From NCBI RefSeq assembly GCF_006345805.1, contig NC_042997.1, positions 75,020,001 to 75,084,000 on the forward strand: a stretch of DNA of 64,000 nt, given 5' to 3'. Below are positions 1 to 13,229 of this stretch, piece after piece. The position numbers and the translations under genes are program-made. This stretch comes from Octopus sinensis (taxonomy: Eukaryota). The notes under the pieces are model-generated. The model worked only from the letters and a program-made list of their open reading frames with translations. It had not been told where the DNA came from and made no database searches. Within the stretch, counting starts at the first letter, position 1. Each line of letters starts with the position of its first letter.

Positions 1-1500
1 CAAAAACACGAGAAATACGCCTTCAAGACCTCAAAAAAACACTATTACAACGCCATATCCCTCCACCCTTATAGAGTATGGAATAAAACGCGCCAAAGAA
101 CTAGATAACATTACACTGAAAACTACCCAACCTAACACCACACACACCTCAAAATACTACTTCCATACATTTCCACCCACAACCCCAAAAATATCGAAGC
201 ATACACCACAATCATACAAAACCTCAGTCTACTGTTAACAGACCCCAAAATGAAAAACATTATAAATACACACAAAATCCTCAAATGTAAAAGGCAACAC
301 AATCTTTAAAAAACTCTTGACAAATGCCAAACTTCACACACCACATCCACCCCCAGCAGTAAAAAAATGTGCACGCTCAAACTGTGGGACATGCCCCCTC
401 CTACTTGAAGGTTCTGAATTTACCTTCAAACAAGGTACGAAGTTTAAAATCAAGACTACTTCTCCTGTTCCTCCGAGAACTTATCTACGTTCTCACATGC
501 GCTGGTTGCCAACATAATTATGTTGGACAAACTAGTCTCCCGTTACGTACGAGTAGTGGTGCATAAAGAACAAATAAATCTCCCGGAATACCGACAAATT
601 CCACTGAGTGGCCACATAGACTCATGCGCTAAAGACTTAAACCCCAAATTCTATATATTCCCCTTCTACCAATGTAAAGACGGCATCACCACACAGGAGA
701 GAATTAACAAGGAGAATCTCTTTATTGAAAAATTCCAACACAACTTAACATACAAACTCCTCGTTGATCAAACTCCCTTTTCTACCTCATTCTTCATGGA
801 TGGACTCACACAAATATATAAGGATACCATAGATTCATCACTTCAAGCAAAAACTTATACTCTTAAATATCATTTTTACTATTGTTGTTATTACCATCAT
901 CTTTATTATTTATGATATAATAATCTGAAATGCAATTGTCTATGCAAATTTATATAATTAGAAAATAATATAAATAAAGTGTTAAAATCTGAAAGTTAAA
1001 TTATACATACAAACAATTATATAAAAAGATAATGCAAATGAAGCTAAAATGACAATTTTATAATTTGGGGTTTATCAGCAGCTTTTTTTAAGAACTCAAA
1101 GAGTTGTCTCCCCTTATTCACAACACAGGAACTGAAGAACCACAATTACTACTACTTCCTGTTTTGCCAACATCCTAAATTAAACCAAACAACACATGGC
1201 CTTAATCCCATTGGATCCTAATACCTCAAGGTAATTTTTTCATGAACAATCATTAAACTCAAGATACACAATGAACTCACAATGTATCGGAGTACTTATT
1301 TTTTAATCTTTATACATATTTACTACTATCAATTTTTATACATATTTACTACTATTATTCTTTTGCAAAAAACAATGCAACTTTTTTCCCCTTTCTCATT
1401 TTTAAAAAAACCTTTTCACCTAACTATTCTTGATAAGTCAAACTATGACGAAAACCGGTTTGAATAAATATATATTTCTATATTTTTTCATTTTCTCAAT
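1..1500 (+). mobile_element. Penelope-like element 3' part (frameshifted GIY-YIG endonuclease plus 3' pLTR region)
   Basis: Overlapping ORFs give a Cys linker CARSNCGTC, GIY-YIG motifs IYVLTCAGCQHNYVGQT, RxxxHK...LSGH and ERINKENLFI; hammerhead-like motif downstream at 1425-1466. Confidence 0.8.
1425..1466 (+). ncRNA. Minimal type I hammerhead ribozyme motif, U3-A8 variant
   Basis: TATTC-TTGATAA-GTC aaactat GAC-GAAA-ACCGGT-TT-GAATA: stem I TATTC/GAATA, stem II GTC/GAC, palindromic stem III. Confidence 0.6.
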
Positions 1501-1601
1501 TCATTAGAATTTTCTTTCAATCGAGCATTCTGCATTTATACAATTTTTCATTGCTAATCATTTCTCCACATGCGGTCAACACAACCTCACCATTTATTGA
1601 T

Positions 1602-1624
1602 CTATATATTTATATATATATATT

Positions 1625-1665
<41 letters not shown>

Positions 1666-1692
1666 GTATATATTTATGTATGTATATATTTA

Positions 1693-1750
<58 letters not shown>

Positions 1751-1786
1751 ATGTATATATATTTTATATGCATATATTTATATATG

Positions 1787-1818
<32 letters not shown>

Positions 1819-1820
1819 TG

Positions 1821-1864
<44 letters not shown>

Positions 1865-1915
1865 GTGTATATATATATATGTATATATATATATACATAC
1901 ACATACATATATATT
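1602..1915. repeat. (TA)n-rich microsatellite
   Basis: Direct reading. Confidence 0.95.
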
Positions 1916-3700
1916 TGATCCTCAGAGAGGACTGGCTGAAATGTCTCCCCACACCAGACATTGACATAAATCTAGAATGTTTCATGTCTTCTGTGCAAGC
2001 CATATACCAGAAATATGTCCCAGAGCACAAGGCCAAAACAAATAGGAGAAAGATTCCAAGAGAGAGGAAGATCCTCATGAGACGACAGACGAAGGTTGCA
2101 AATCGACTCAACCAACATCTTAAAGTAGCGAAATGTCCCGCTTAAAAACAACACTGATGGAGATTGAAAAAAGGCTGCAATAATCCTATGTGAGGGACAA
2201 AGCAGACAAAGAAGCCTGGGTTATAAAAAAACATTAAATCAAACTCAAAGGCCTTCTTTCATTATGCGAAAGAAACAGCCTCAGTACACTACAAGATAGG
2301 ACCCCTCCTCCAAAAGGATGGCTCCCTCACAGACAGTCCAACTAAGATCAGTGAGATACTGAATGACCAATTTAAAAGTGACTTTACCACCCCGTTGGAA
2401 CACAGACAAGTGAACGAACCAGTGGACTTCTTTGCCACCTCACCTATAACCAACGAGGCAGTTACAATGGAATACATTGACATTAGCGAAGAAGATGGTT
2501 TCCCAGCAATACTCCTCAAAGTATGTAAGCATGCCCTGGCAAAACCCGTCAAGATTCTCTACCAGAGCTTTCTTACAAATGACAAACTGCCAAGAAAGCT
2601 GAAGGTGGCAATAATATGCCCAATACATAAAGGGGGAAGTGGAGCAGATGTCAAAAACTATAGGCCTATCTCTCTAACTTCACACATCAGCAAAGTCATG
2701 GAACGGATAGTCAGAGGGAAACTAATCACATTCCTTGAGGAAAATAACTTCCTGGGTATCACTCAGCATGGTTTTCGACCAGGTAGGAGCTGCCTGACCC
2801 AGTTCTTACAACATTATGACTGGGTGTTGAGGCAGTTACTCAACAAATCAAATGTGGATGTAATATACTTTGATTTTGCAAAATCTTTTGACAAAGTGGA
2901 TCATGGTATGATATGCCATAAACTACGTGACCTCGGCATAGTTGGAAAACTCGGAGTGTGGTTACATGACTTCCTGAAAGACAGGAGTCAGGCAGTAGTG
3001 GTTAATGGAGCCACCTCTATGAACACACAAATAGTGAGCGGTGTTCCACAGGGCACTGTCTTGGGACCACTGCTTTTTATAGTGGGCCTCTCAGATATGC
3101 ACTCAAATGCCCGGATAGCCACTCTGGCCAGCTATGCAGATGATACGAAAGTCTCGCAGAAAATACAGAACTCCAGCAATGTTGCACACCTGCAGCAGAA
3201 GTTGGACTCAATCTACAGATGGGCTGAGGATAATAATATGCAGTTTAATGCTGAAAAATTCCAGGCCCTGCACTACCAGCATCCAAAACTGAATATTAAA
3301 CTTACAGGATACACCGGTCCACAGGGAATTTCAATCCCAGAGCCTAAGTCTGTGAGGAACCTGGGTATCGACATCAGTGATGATACCTCTTTCCAAGTGC
3401 ACATTACCAGGATGGCGACAAAGTGCAGACAACTGGTTGGATGGATCCTAAGAACATTTAGAACCAGAGATAAGGAAATCATGATGGTCCTCTGGCAGAT
3501 ATTCGTCCTCAGCCGCCTGGATTACTGCTCACAGCTATGGTCACCCACCAGTGTGAAATTAACAATGGACCTTGAAGCAATCCAGAGAAGATTCACAAAG
3601 AAGATCGTCTCTTTACAACAGCTCAGCTACTGGGAAAGGTTGAAACAGCTAAGACTGTACTCCCTAGAGAGAAGACGGGAGAGGTATGCAGCAATATATA
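1915..3700 (+). mobile_element. CR1/L2-group LINE, 5'-truncated, reverse transcriptase
   Basis: ORF 2395..3759: NYRPISLTS, QHGFRPGRSC, DFAKSFDKVDH, GVPQGTVLGPLLF, YADD, and CR1-like C-terminus SYWERLKQLRLYSLERRRERY; upstream part broken by stops and frameshifts. Confidence 0.9.
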
Positions 3701-3724
3701 TAACGATGATGATGATGACATACA

Positions 3725-4958
3725 TACATATCATCATCATCATCATCATCATCGTTTAACGTCTGCTTTCCATGCTAGCATAGGTTGGACGATTTTGACA
3801 GAGGGCTGGTGAACCAGATGGCTGCACCAGGCTCCATTCTTGATTTTGGCAGAGTTTCTACAGCTGGATACCCTTCCTAACGCCAATCACTCTGAGAGTG
3901 TAGTGGGTGCTTGTTTTTACATGCCACCGGCACAGGGGCCAGTCAGGGGGTACTGGCAACAACCTTGCTCAAATCGTTTTACACATGCCACCAGCACAGG
4001 TGCCAGTAAGACGCCGTTGGTAACGATCACACTCGAATGGTGCCCTTTTACGGAAGCCATTTGGCTGCTCTGGCAACAATACGCTCGGATGGTGCTCTTG
4101 GCATCCTACTAGCACGGGCACAAGTGCCAGTAAGGCGACGCTGGTAATGATCACGCTAGAATGGTGCCCTTTAAGTGCCACCGGCCCGGAAGCCAGTTAG
4201 CCGCTCTGTCAATGATCACGCTCGTACGGTGCTCTTTGCACCCTGCTAACACAGATGCCAGTCATCAATTTTGATTTTGCTTTTGATTGATTTCACTGGC
4301 CTCAACAGGACTTCACATGCAGAGTTTTAGTGTCCAAAGAAGGAGAGGTACTCATAAGTGGGCTGGTTACGCCCCTGGCATAGGCCATGAGATTATGGTC
4401 TCATTTGGCTTGACGAGTCTTCTCACGCACGGCATATTTCCAAAGGTCTCAGTCACTAGTCTTTTCCTTGGTGAGGCCTAAAGTTCACCACTTCATCCCA
4501 GGTCTTCGTGGGTCTACCACTTCCACAGGTTCCCTCAACCACTAGGGTGTGGCACTTTTTCACACAGCTATCCTCATCCATTCTCACGACATGACCATAC
4601 CAGCGCAGTCGTCTCTCTTGCACTGATGCTTCTTAGGTCCAATATTTCTCTCAAGGTACCTACACTCTGTCGAGTATGCACACTGACATTACACATCCAT
4701 CGGATCATACTGGCTTCATTCCTTGCGAGGTTACGCATGTCCTCAGCAGTCACGGCCCATGTCTCACTGCCATGTAGCATGGCTGTTCATACCCAAGCGT
4801 CATACAGTCTACCTTTTACTCTGAGCGAGAAGCCCTTTGTGGCCAGCAGAGGTAAGAGCTCTCTGAACTTTGCCCAAGCTATTCTTATTCTAGCAGCTAC
4901 ACTTTCAGCGAACCCCCCTCCGCTACTGACTTGGTCCCCTAGGTAACGGAAGCTATTG
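3725..4958 (-). mobile_element. RTE-clade LINE 3' end with (GAT)n tail
   Basis: Frameshifted FRYLGDQV...RIRIAWAKFRELLPLL...MLHGSETWAVTAEDMRNL; 3'UTR with GCCACCGGCAC subrepeats; near-identical family copy at 42445-43558. Confidence 0.85.
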
Positions 4959-5310
4959 TAACACGTAGCCATTTTAGCTATTTTTGAAATAAAGCGGGAA
5001 TTGGCAATATGACGTAATGTCGTATTGCCGAAGAATTATTATTTTCGTTTTTTCCATTGGTTAATATAACTGCTCATAAAGATTCTAAAAAGTTACATAA
5101 AGAATATTTGTAATGGATTTCAATTCATTTAAGTCAAGTTGAGCAGTTATAAAAACCCTGGATTTTGGGAAAAATTTTAGAGTTTGTTGGATGTAACTGA
5201 ACTCCACGACACTCACTCCTTTGAGACATTGGTGATTTTCATGCCATGTCCAAAGAAAATCACTAGTCTATTTTGAATTGTTGATTAATCTATTAGTTAG
5301 ATTTATGAAT

Positions 5311-6300
5311 TAGCTAGTGAATATATAGCCGTACTTCTACACGACGAAAATTATCTTTCCTTTCACATGTACATAATATAAAATATTATATTTATATAAT
5401 AAAACTAATTAAGAAAATGTTTCTCTTCACGTTTTTCTTCAACTGAGTATAAATAAATATGCATTTCTGTAATCATTAAATTATATTTTCTTATAGCAGT
5501 TAAATGAACACGAAGGAAATATTATACATACAAGTCGTTAATATTCATAGCGTTCCATAAGTATATTTCTTTATAGCATTCAGATTTGTGTATAATGATA
5601 ACACTTAAGTTATAAGTGACGTTTTAATCATTATATTCACCCTTACTCAAAAAAGCCAAATAAAATAATCTATTTCCCAATAGAAAGCAATAAATAGCAT
5701 TGCATTACTGTAACAAAACTAAATAGAGAATATACTATAATAATATAACCTAAGAGAAAGCTCAAGGTAGCTTAAAACCACCTATATCAGAAGGCTGCGT
5801 GTTCGAATCATGCATACTATGAAGACGCTATTGTATACCAGTGACAGACAGAACGTCATAACCAACGTCGTCTCCATCTCCGAAGATTTCAACTTGTACA
5901 CAACAAGATAAATACACAGATTTAACTCACGCTGTTAGTGTGAAACTATCACCACGGAAAAACAAATGCAGTATATATATTTGAAAGAGCATCTATATCA
6001 AGAGAAACCTGCACAACAAGTGACTCAACTAATCTCCGCTTCGAGACCCAAATCTTGTTATAGAACTTATTATCGCGTACTACATGAACTGGTAAAATAA
6101 CTCTATCTTAACTCAATATGTTGAGACTTCTCTTATGCTCTGTTGTATTCGCATGCACCTTTATCTGTACCTTTTGTCGCACACACGAACACACAGACAC
6201 AAATATTATACGCATGCATTCATACCACAACACTACACTAGTAATCACAACTCACTTTGTACACTGTGAATAAAATCTATCTTCTCTTTATAAAAGTAGA
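5311..6300 (-). mobile_element. Possible non-autonomous Helitron-like element
   Basis: Minus strand starts TCTACTTTTATAAAAG at 6300; weak CGT/ACG hairpin followed by CTAG near 5313-5345; the base after CTAG is not T. Confidence 0.3.
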
Positions 6301-7859
6301 ACGGTTTTGGCGTCCTTTATTCATTTCCTTTGGCACTGTATAATATATTCATGTATTATGGCTTATATCATTATGTTATGTTAGGATGCGGCCGTGCGGC
6401 ATACAAGAGAAGACTATGTCACCAACCTCCTAACGTACGGTCGTATATATTCAAAATCCTACACTATCAACTACTTCTAGTTAAAATTAGTAGAAGGGTA
6501 CAGATGAATGAAATGACGACAGAGGACAGGAGAAAAGAAATAAGGAAATGAAGAAAGAGAATAAAAAAGAAGCATAAAAGTTCACCATTCAACTTTCCAA
6601 TTGTTTAGATACAAGTCCTTAGGTGCAATCCTGTGTAAATCCATGTAGGTAAAAGTCCTGATAGTGTAAGTATCCAGAAAAAGATGTGAACATATCGAAG
6701 TTCAATAACATAATTAACGGAAGTGGTTATTCAGTGGTAAAAAGAAAGAAAATTACATATGTGGAAGTGGGACAAAATTGGTAACTGGTCAAAATGAATA
6801 ATTTCTGATTCATTGTTATTTTTTCTCATTTTGTACCATTGCATCGTCTGTAGGAGTAAAATTTGCTCAGTATCGGTTACATAGTTGGGAGTAAAAACTG
6901 GTCAATATAGTTTACATCAGAGGTTCTGAACAGGGTCCATACAAAATTTCTGGAGGTCCATAGATGAAATGCAGTAAATTGAGTGTCCACAAGTGGCGTG
7001 CAATCAAGACATGCTAGTCATGCACTGCATGCCCATTGATATTTTGTATAACTCAAAAATTAATTTAAGAACGTAATGTATTTATAACCACATTGAAAAG
7101 TTGTGCACATCATTGGAAACTGAGCTAAAATAGTTACTTTGTCTCAAAGGAAACCCGTCCAGATTGATACTTCACTGTGTTCCCATTTTGCTTCCTCTAG
7201 GCATGCTTAAAGAAAAACGCATAAGAAATCTTTTGTGCCCCCATCTTCCAATCTTTCAATACCTATCATTTCTCTTCTGCCTATCTGTAAAAGTCAATGC
7301 CTGTAAGATTCTTTCTATCTCTATAAAATAACTGCAGAAGCCATGCTTTCGTTAGCTTTGCTCTCCTCTCCCTTTCTATTAGATCATCTTTGTCAACAAT
7401 TCTCTGTAACTGATGCTGCTAACAGGGTTTGACTTTTTGACCCATAAAAATCCTGACCAAAACATATCAACAATCCCATAATTCTTAATTAGTAAGGACA
7501 AATGTTTGGAATATCTATTTCACTCTGTTGTAAGTTTTGAAATTTATTATCATTAACCATCCTTTTGTATGAACAAATTTTCAAACATTCTGAAATCAGA
7601 AATATAATCTATATTATATTTCTGATTTCAGAAATAGCTAATTAATCTTTCATTAATTTACTAAAATTATCTTTCCCTTCATGCTCACACTCACACATGC
7701 ACTATTAGTTTCATAAGATCTCTAGTATTTTTGAAACATTTGTCAAAATGACTGAAATGTGTGTTATAGAAGAAATTTTGAAAAAGTAATTTTTCACAAA
7801 AAGACTTTGAAGGGAAATAATTAATTATAAATGGTGATTGACCAACACAGAAATTACCT

Positions 7860-9440
7860 GATTTGTGAAGCTACAACAAGAAATTCAAGAGACAATTTCA
7901 GGCTAATTTGTATGAAAATAAAAAATGGTTAACTGGTAGTGCTACATTTAATAAGTTATTATGCTGGCTATGCATGTTGTTTTGTCTAGAAAAATATGTT
8001 TGGAATGATAAAGGTTATGATGATTTACATAGTTTATATACGGCTATGCTAAAGCATGAACATTCTCAAAGGCATATAAGATCCTTGATAGATCTTAAAA
8101 CATTCAGAATGTTCACATAGACTTCCAATTAGATGCATCTAAAAAACAGAGCATACAACATCATAATGAGGAAGTTTGACGAAACAGACCCATTCTGTAA
8201 TGATTGATCACTGTAGTTATGTTTTTTAGGTCACCAAGAATTATCATTTTGGGGTCATTTTGAATTTGAAGAATCTAATAATTGTAGAAATTATAAAGAA
8301 CTCTTCAGTAAATATGACGAAAAATTAACAAGCCATCTAGATACAGCTTCTATCTTCTCTGGTCTCTCAAACAGAATTCAAAATGACTTGATCGATGCAA
8401 TTCAAAAGGTTATATTGAATGAAATACAAAATGAACTTAATCAGGCTAAATTTGTTGCTATTGTTGTTGATGAAACATCTGATGTATTGGCATATTCACA
8501 ACTGTCAACTGTTTTACATTATGTTACAGAAGATTGTGTTACGAAAGAACAATTTACCGGTTTTAATGATGTTGGTGCAGATCAATCTGCAAATGCTTTA
8601 TCTGAACATGTTTTTAAATGCTTTGAAACATGGAAATGCAGAAAGAAATTGATTGCACAAACCTATGATGGCACCACTACAATGGCAGAACAATTAAATG
8701 GGTTACAGTCAAAAGTAAGAAAGAAATATGAATGTGTGATCTTTATTCATTGTTGTGCTGATATCCTAAATTTAGTTCTTTCACTATCATGCTCTGCTAA
8801 AAAAGAATGCAAGATTTTTTTTCTACAATAAATGGACTGGGTACATTTTTTTTACAAAATCACCAAAAAGGGTTAATGCATTAGATAACATTGTTAAAAA
8901 AAGATTTCCGAAAGCAACAGCAATTGGATGGAACTACTCATGTCTTATTATCACAAAAGAAAATTATAATTTCATAATCAACCTTTTTGAAGACAGCATT
9001 GAAAATCTTGAAGCATGGGACAATACCACCATACATTCTTTAAAAGTTCCTGATTTCTTATTTTTATTAGAAGTATTCAGTGACATTCACTGATGTCTTA
9101 TTTAACATCCTCTAGAGTAAAAGTCATGACATAGTGTATTGTAAAGAGCAAATAGATAAAACTAGAACTGTGCTCAAAAACAAATTTGACAACATTGATT
9201 TTGTTGAAGCTATGCCAGAACTCTTCAATCTTTGCAAGTTGATTTTGACAATTGTCTACAACTGCTTCTGTAGAGCGATCCTTTTCTGCTTTGAAATGCA
9301 ACAGGAGAAAATAGACTATCTGAGTTAGCACTAATGTTAATTGAAAAAGATTTATTACAACAATTGATGAAAAGAGATATCTATGAAAATGTAATTAATA
9401 TATTTGTTCAGAAAGATCGAAGAATTGAATTGATTTATAA
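7860..9440 (+). mobile_element. Degraded hAT transposase (DUF4371/ZMYM1-like type)
   Basis: SGLSNRIQNDLI...FVAIVVDETSD...QTYDG...IHCCADILNL; C-terminal dimerisation motif LILTI/STTASVERSFSALK across a frameshift; many stops; TIRs not identified. Confidence 0.85.
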
Positions 9441-9789
9441 ATGAGGCAATAACATTTTCGAACACTTTTAAGAAAAATTTTATTGTATTAAAGGGCATTC
9501 TTTCGTTTTAGACTGTAAATTTACAAAATATAAATCAGCTGTTTTATCAGGCTGCTTGCCAATTTCCAGAAAATAATTGACACTCACTTGGGTAGCTTGT
9601 TCTGATACTTATTGAACTCAGTACATTGAAAGACAATGACGCGCGCATACATATACACTGAAATATATATATATAAATATAAACACACACAAACACATTG
9701 AAAGATGTGTGTGTGTGTATGTATAAATCATTTTGTATAAATAATTTTCTTCTACATTCTTTCAAATTTTCTTTCACCATTAGGTAAGT

Positions 9790-11300
9790 GTAATTTACAT
9801 CTCTTCCTTTTCTCCTTGCATGTTGCGATATTTCACATCTTTGCTACTCCCAACAAATGAAAAGAGATGCTACGTTTTTGTTTAGTGTTTTCAGGGCTTT
9901 TCACAATGTTGAATTTTCATACTGTTATGTATTGCTCGACATTGTTATGTCCGGTATTATAATGATGTACTTTGTTGTTGGCTCGACTGGCCCAGACTGC
10001 GTGACTGGTCACAAATGGCATACCTCCCTGACTGCTCCACTCGTGTCTGTGCATTATCTATTTGTAGTGGAAAAGCCCACTTCTCTTGTTTGGGGGATTC
10101 CTCCATAACACATCCCCTTTTGAGATCTTTTTTTCTACACGCAGGATTATATTTTTTTCATTTTCTTTACAGGACCCCAAAAATTTTTTTTTTAAATTTC
10201 TTATCTCAGAAAAGTTAATTATTACATGGAGTTCTCCAATATACACCTATCCGCAATTATTATTTTTTCCACTCTATGTATTACATAGAACAACAAAATC
10301 TTTTTTCAATTTCTCATCACAGAAAAATTTAATTATGACAGTTCTCCAATATACACCTATCAGCAATTATTATTTTTTTTTTTTCAACTCTATGTATTAC
10401 ACATTCAAAACATGCTATTCAAATGTATGCCACAGGTAGTACTGGCTTTACATTCTTACCAGTAGTACTACGAACACATGAGCATCTTGATTGAAATCCT
10501 TTAACAGACTTATATTATTTTTTCTCTGTGTCCCAGGTAGTACTCCAGAAATCCTTCTTCAGCAGAATTGTTATTCATCATATTCTATTATTTCTTTTAT
10601 TTCATAGAATTTTTTCATCACCAAATTTTTTCTTATTGTATCCTGTGGTCATTGGGGAAGGGTATCTTTTTTTCTTCACAAATGTAAATAAACCCAATCT
10701 GTTTCTTAAAGGAGGGACATATTCATTATGCACAGAATGTTATTTACGTCAATGGAGGTAATTGATTGGTTAAAATTGCCGAAATGCAAAAAATTGTAGA
10801 CGAAATATGTTACAACCTATAGAATTTTCTCAATAAAGCCAAGAGAAAATGATGTTTTATAAACACATTCTACCAGTATACGAAGTTTAAAACTTTTTAG
10901 TTACCTAGAAATTATGTTACAAAGTGCCGTTCAAAAGGAAAACATCCGGTCATTGTTGTATCCAGCATGTTTTCAAATTCATGTCACTGAATTTTTCCTT
11001 GTTGTATCCTGCAGTCATTATTGTATCCAGTGTGTTTTCGAATTGTTGTCACTGAATTTTTCTTTGTTGTAGTCTGTGGTCATTATTGTATCCTGCATGT
11101 TTTCAATTTCTTGTTACATGTTATATCCTGCATATGTTTGAAAACTCATCGATACTGTTATGTCTGGTATTATAACGACGTACTTTGTCATTGGCCCAAC
11201 TGGCCCGGATTGCATGACTGGCCTTCATCAGGTGTCTTGGGGAAATTTCGAACCTGGGTTCTCATTCCTAATGGTGTCATTATATTCAAGCCATAGATTA
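9790..11300. repeat. Unclassified repetitive segment with internal subrepeats
   Basis: Diverged ~80-bp direct repeat (about 9935-10030 vs 11146-11230); tandem copies near 10230-10400 and 10960-11110. Confidence 0.4.
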
Positions 11301-11305
11301 CAGTG

Positions 11306-11520
11306 ACCATATCTTCATGGCTGGTGATTTTAATGGACATGTCAGGCAGCACCTGGGTGTCTTCCATGAGTACATGGGGACCATGGAATTGGTTCCCAAA
11401 GTGAAGAGGGAATAAGGTTGCAATTTCGTGATATGAATGGGGTAAGTCAATTACATCGACCCCAGTGTCAACTGGTACTTATTTTACTGACTCCAAAAGG
11501 ATGAAAGGCAAAGTGGACTT
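11306..11520 (+). mobile_element. RTE endonuclease fragment followed by a SINE-like 3' fragment
   Basis: DHIFMAGDFNGHV...HGIG...EEGIRL reading; then gtcaattacatcgaccccagtgtcaactggtacttatttt...ggatgaaaggcaaagt. Confidence 0.6.
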
Positions 11521-11730
11521 TGGTTTGTAAAAGGACGTATTGAATAATGTAGTAATACTGTTTGAAAAAAGGATGAAATGGTTATGGCGTGTTAAGCACT
11601 AACCTAAAAGTAAACAATCAAATAGATTTAAATACTTTATTAACATTATACTTCAGTTCACTGGAGGCCTCTTTCAGAACATTTTTAAAGTACTTATGAA
11701 GAAATCATAAATAAAATAAATCTAACTTAC

Positions 11731-11912
11731 TTTGAAATTTTCTCTATATCCACAAAATTAGGTGGAATAGGTAACACTGTTTTTCCTAAAATTTCACCCA
11801 TACTCAGGTCAATATTTCTTTTCAAAGAATAAGAGGCTTGAATTATATCTTCAGACACAACAGATGGCCAATTTGCATGATTTTTTTTGTTTGTAATTAT
11901 TGGAAGCATAAC
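11731..11912 (-). CDS. Internal exon (182 nt, phase 0 to 2) of a DNAH9/11/17-type axonemal dynein heavy chain, N-terminal tail
   Basis: Acceptor ctatttcag|GTT and donor AA|gtaagt; VMLPIITNKKNHANWPSVVSEDII...GKTVLPIP matches the remembered beta-dynein pattern VLxPLLxNxxNHxxWPxVVSxD...GKTLLPLP. Confidence 0.85.
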
Positions 11913-12209
11913 CTGAAATAGGAAATATATAAAGTAAAAGTACTATTTATACATAGAAAAAACTACAAGAAGAGAAACTTTCTACAGCTATTTGTGATGC
12001 GCTTGCTAGAATGGTGTTATGTTAACAAGCCAAATTATGTGCTGTGTTTTTTTCATAGCACTTAGCATTTTTAATTTACAACATATATTTTTGTAGAATA
12101 CATGTTGTGTATGAATCAAGAAATAACCTGAACAAGAGTTGAAAAGTTTCTTATATATTAGAACATAATTGTTAATTGGTACAGAAATAATCTCTTAATA
12201 AGAAAAATG

Positions 12210-12620
12210 AATTAACCTTTGGAGTGGAGAATTGGGAGATAAATGGGAGGGGTAGTATGTGATATTTGAAAGATAATGTTACTGGGTTTATGAATAGATG
12301 TTAAAAATTTAGGATAGTAATAAATTTTATCAAGGAAGTTGAAATAGTGAGAAAAATGGGGAGCGAATATTAAGTGAGGGTAAGGGTCAATCATATTGTA
12401 GTAGGATGGAAAAGTGGGAATTTCAGGAGAGAAGATGGGTTAGCAGTGGAGAGTGAGTAGTTTCGGTTGAAGAGGCAAAGAAGAGATGAGAGAATGGAAT
12501 TCGAAGAATGAGGATAGGGTGGCTGAAGGGTTGGTGGGGGTGCTGGGTTGGAGGAAATTGGCAAAGGTATTGTTAAGAAGGTTTATGTTACTAGTGTGAT
12601 CAAGCTGTAAGTTGATGACA
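12210..12620 (-). mobile_element. Highly decayed Penelope-like RT fragment
   Basis: FNFLDK...FLTSIHKPSN resembles the PLE thumb motif FLD...T.IYRKPT. Confidence 0.35.
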
Positions 12621-12919
12621 ATTGTAAATAGGCAATCACATAGATTTTACAAAGTAGGCAAATGATGCATAGTACCTGTGTTTACACAAAATGATTACAT
12701 CTGAAAATCTATCTAGCTATCTATCCATCTATCTATCTATATGTAATAATAAAGAGTAAAATTAATTAATCAATTAATAATTAATAATTTTACCAAGTAG
12801 TTCGGTATGTTAAAAGAACCATTATCGGTAACCTTATACAAAAATTCTATAATTATAAGCATAATTATAATTAGGGTTCATAATTATAATTATGCTTATA
12901 ATTATAGAAATTTTGTGTG

Positions 12920-12976
<57 letters not shown>

Positions 12977-13220
12977 TCTCTCTCTCTCTCCTTTCTTCAC
13001 TACCTTTGTATTTCTCTTCCAGTCTCTTTCTTTCTTACACTCACAGTCTTTCTCTCTCTCTTTCTCTGCTTTTCTTGACTACCTCTCTCTTATCCTCCTC
13101 CTTCCCTCTCAGTCTCTGCACAGCCAGCCATATTTCTCTATCCTCTCTCTGCTTATCCTCACTTCCTTTCCCTCTCAGCCTCTCTCTCTCTCTGCATATC
13201 TGTCTCTGCTTCTTCCTGAC
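12920..13220. repeat. (CA)n followed by (CT)n-rich tract
   Basis: Direct reading. Confidence 0.9.
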
Positions 13221-13229
13221 ATTTTTTCT

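Noticed and set aside
5003-5029. 11-bp hairpin GGCAATATGAC/GTCGTATTGCC
   Set aside because: Isolated, with no supporting context.
5766-5812. tRNA-like stretch with GTTCGAATC
   Set aside because: No cloverleaf can be built; at most a decayed SINE head.
7588-7633. 21-bp near-perfect AT-rich palindrome
   Set aside because: Probably subterminal DNA of the adjacent hAT remnant; no further evidence of function.
11640-11693. VLKEASSEL peptide faintly like dynein VLKRDS
   Set aside because: It would need a 38-nt intron, is out of phase, and lacks the expected preceding conserved residues.
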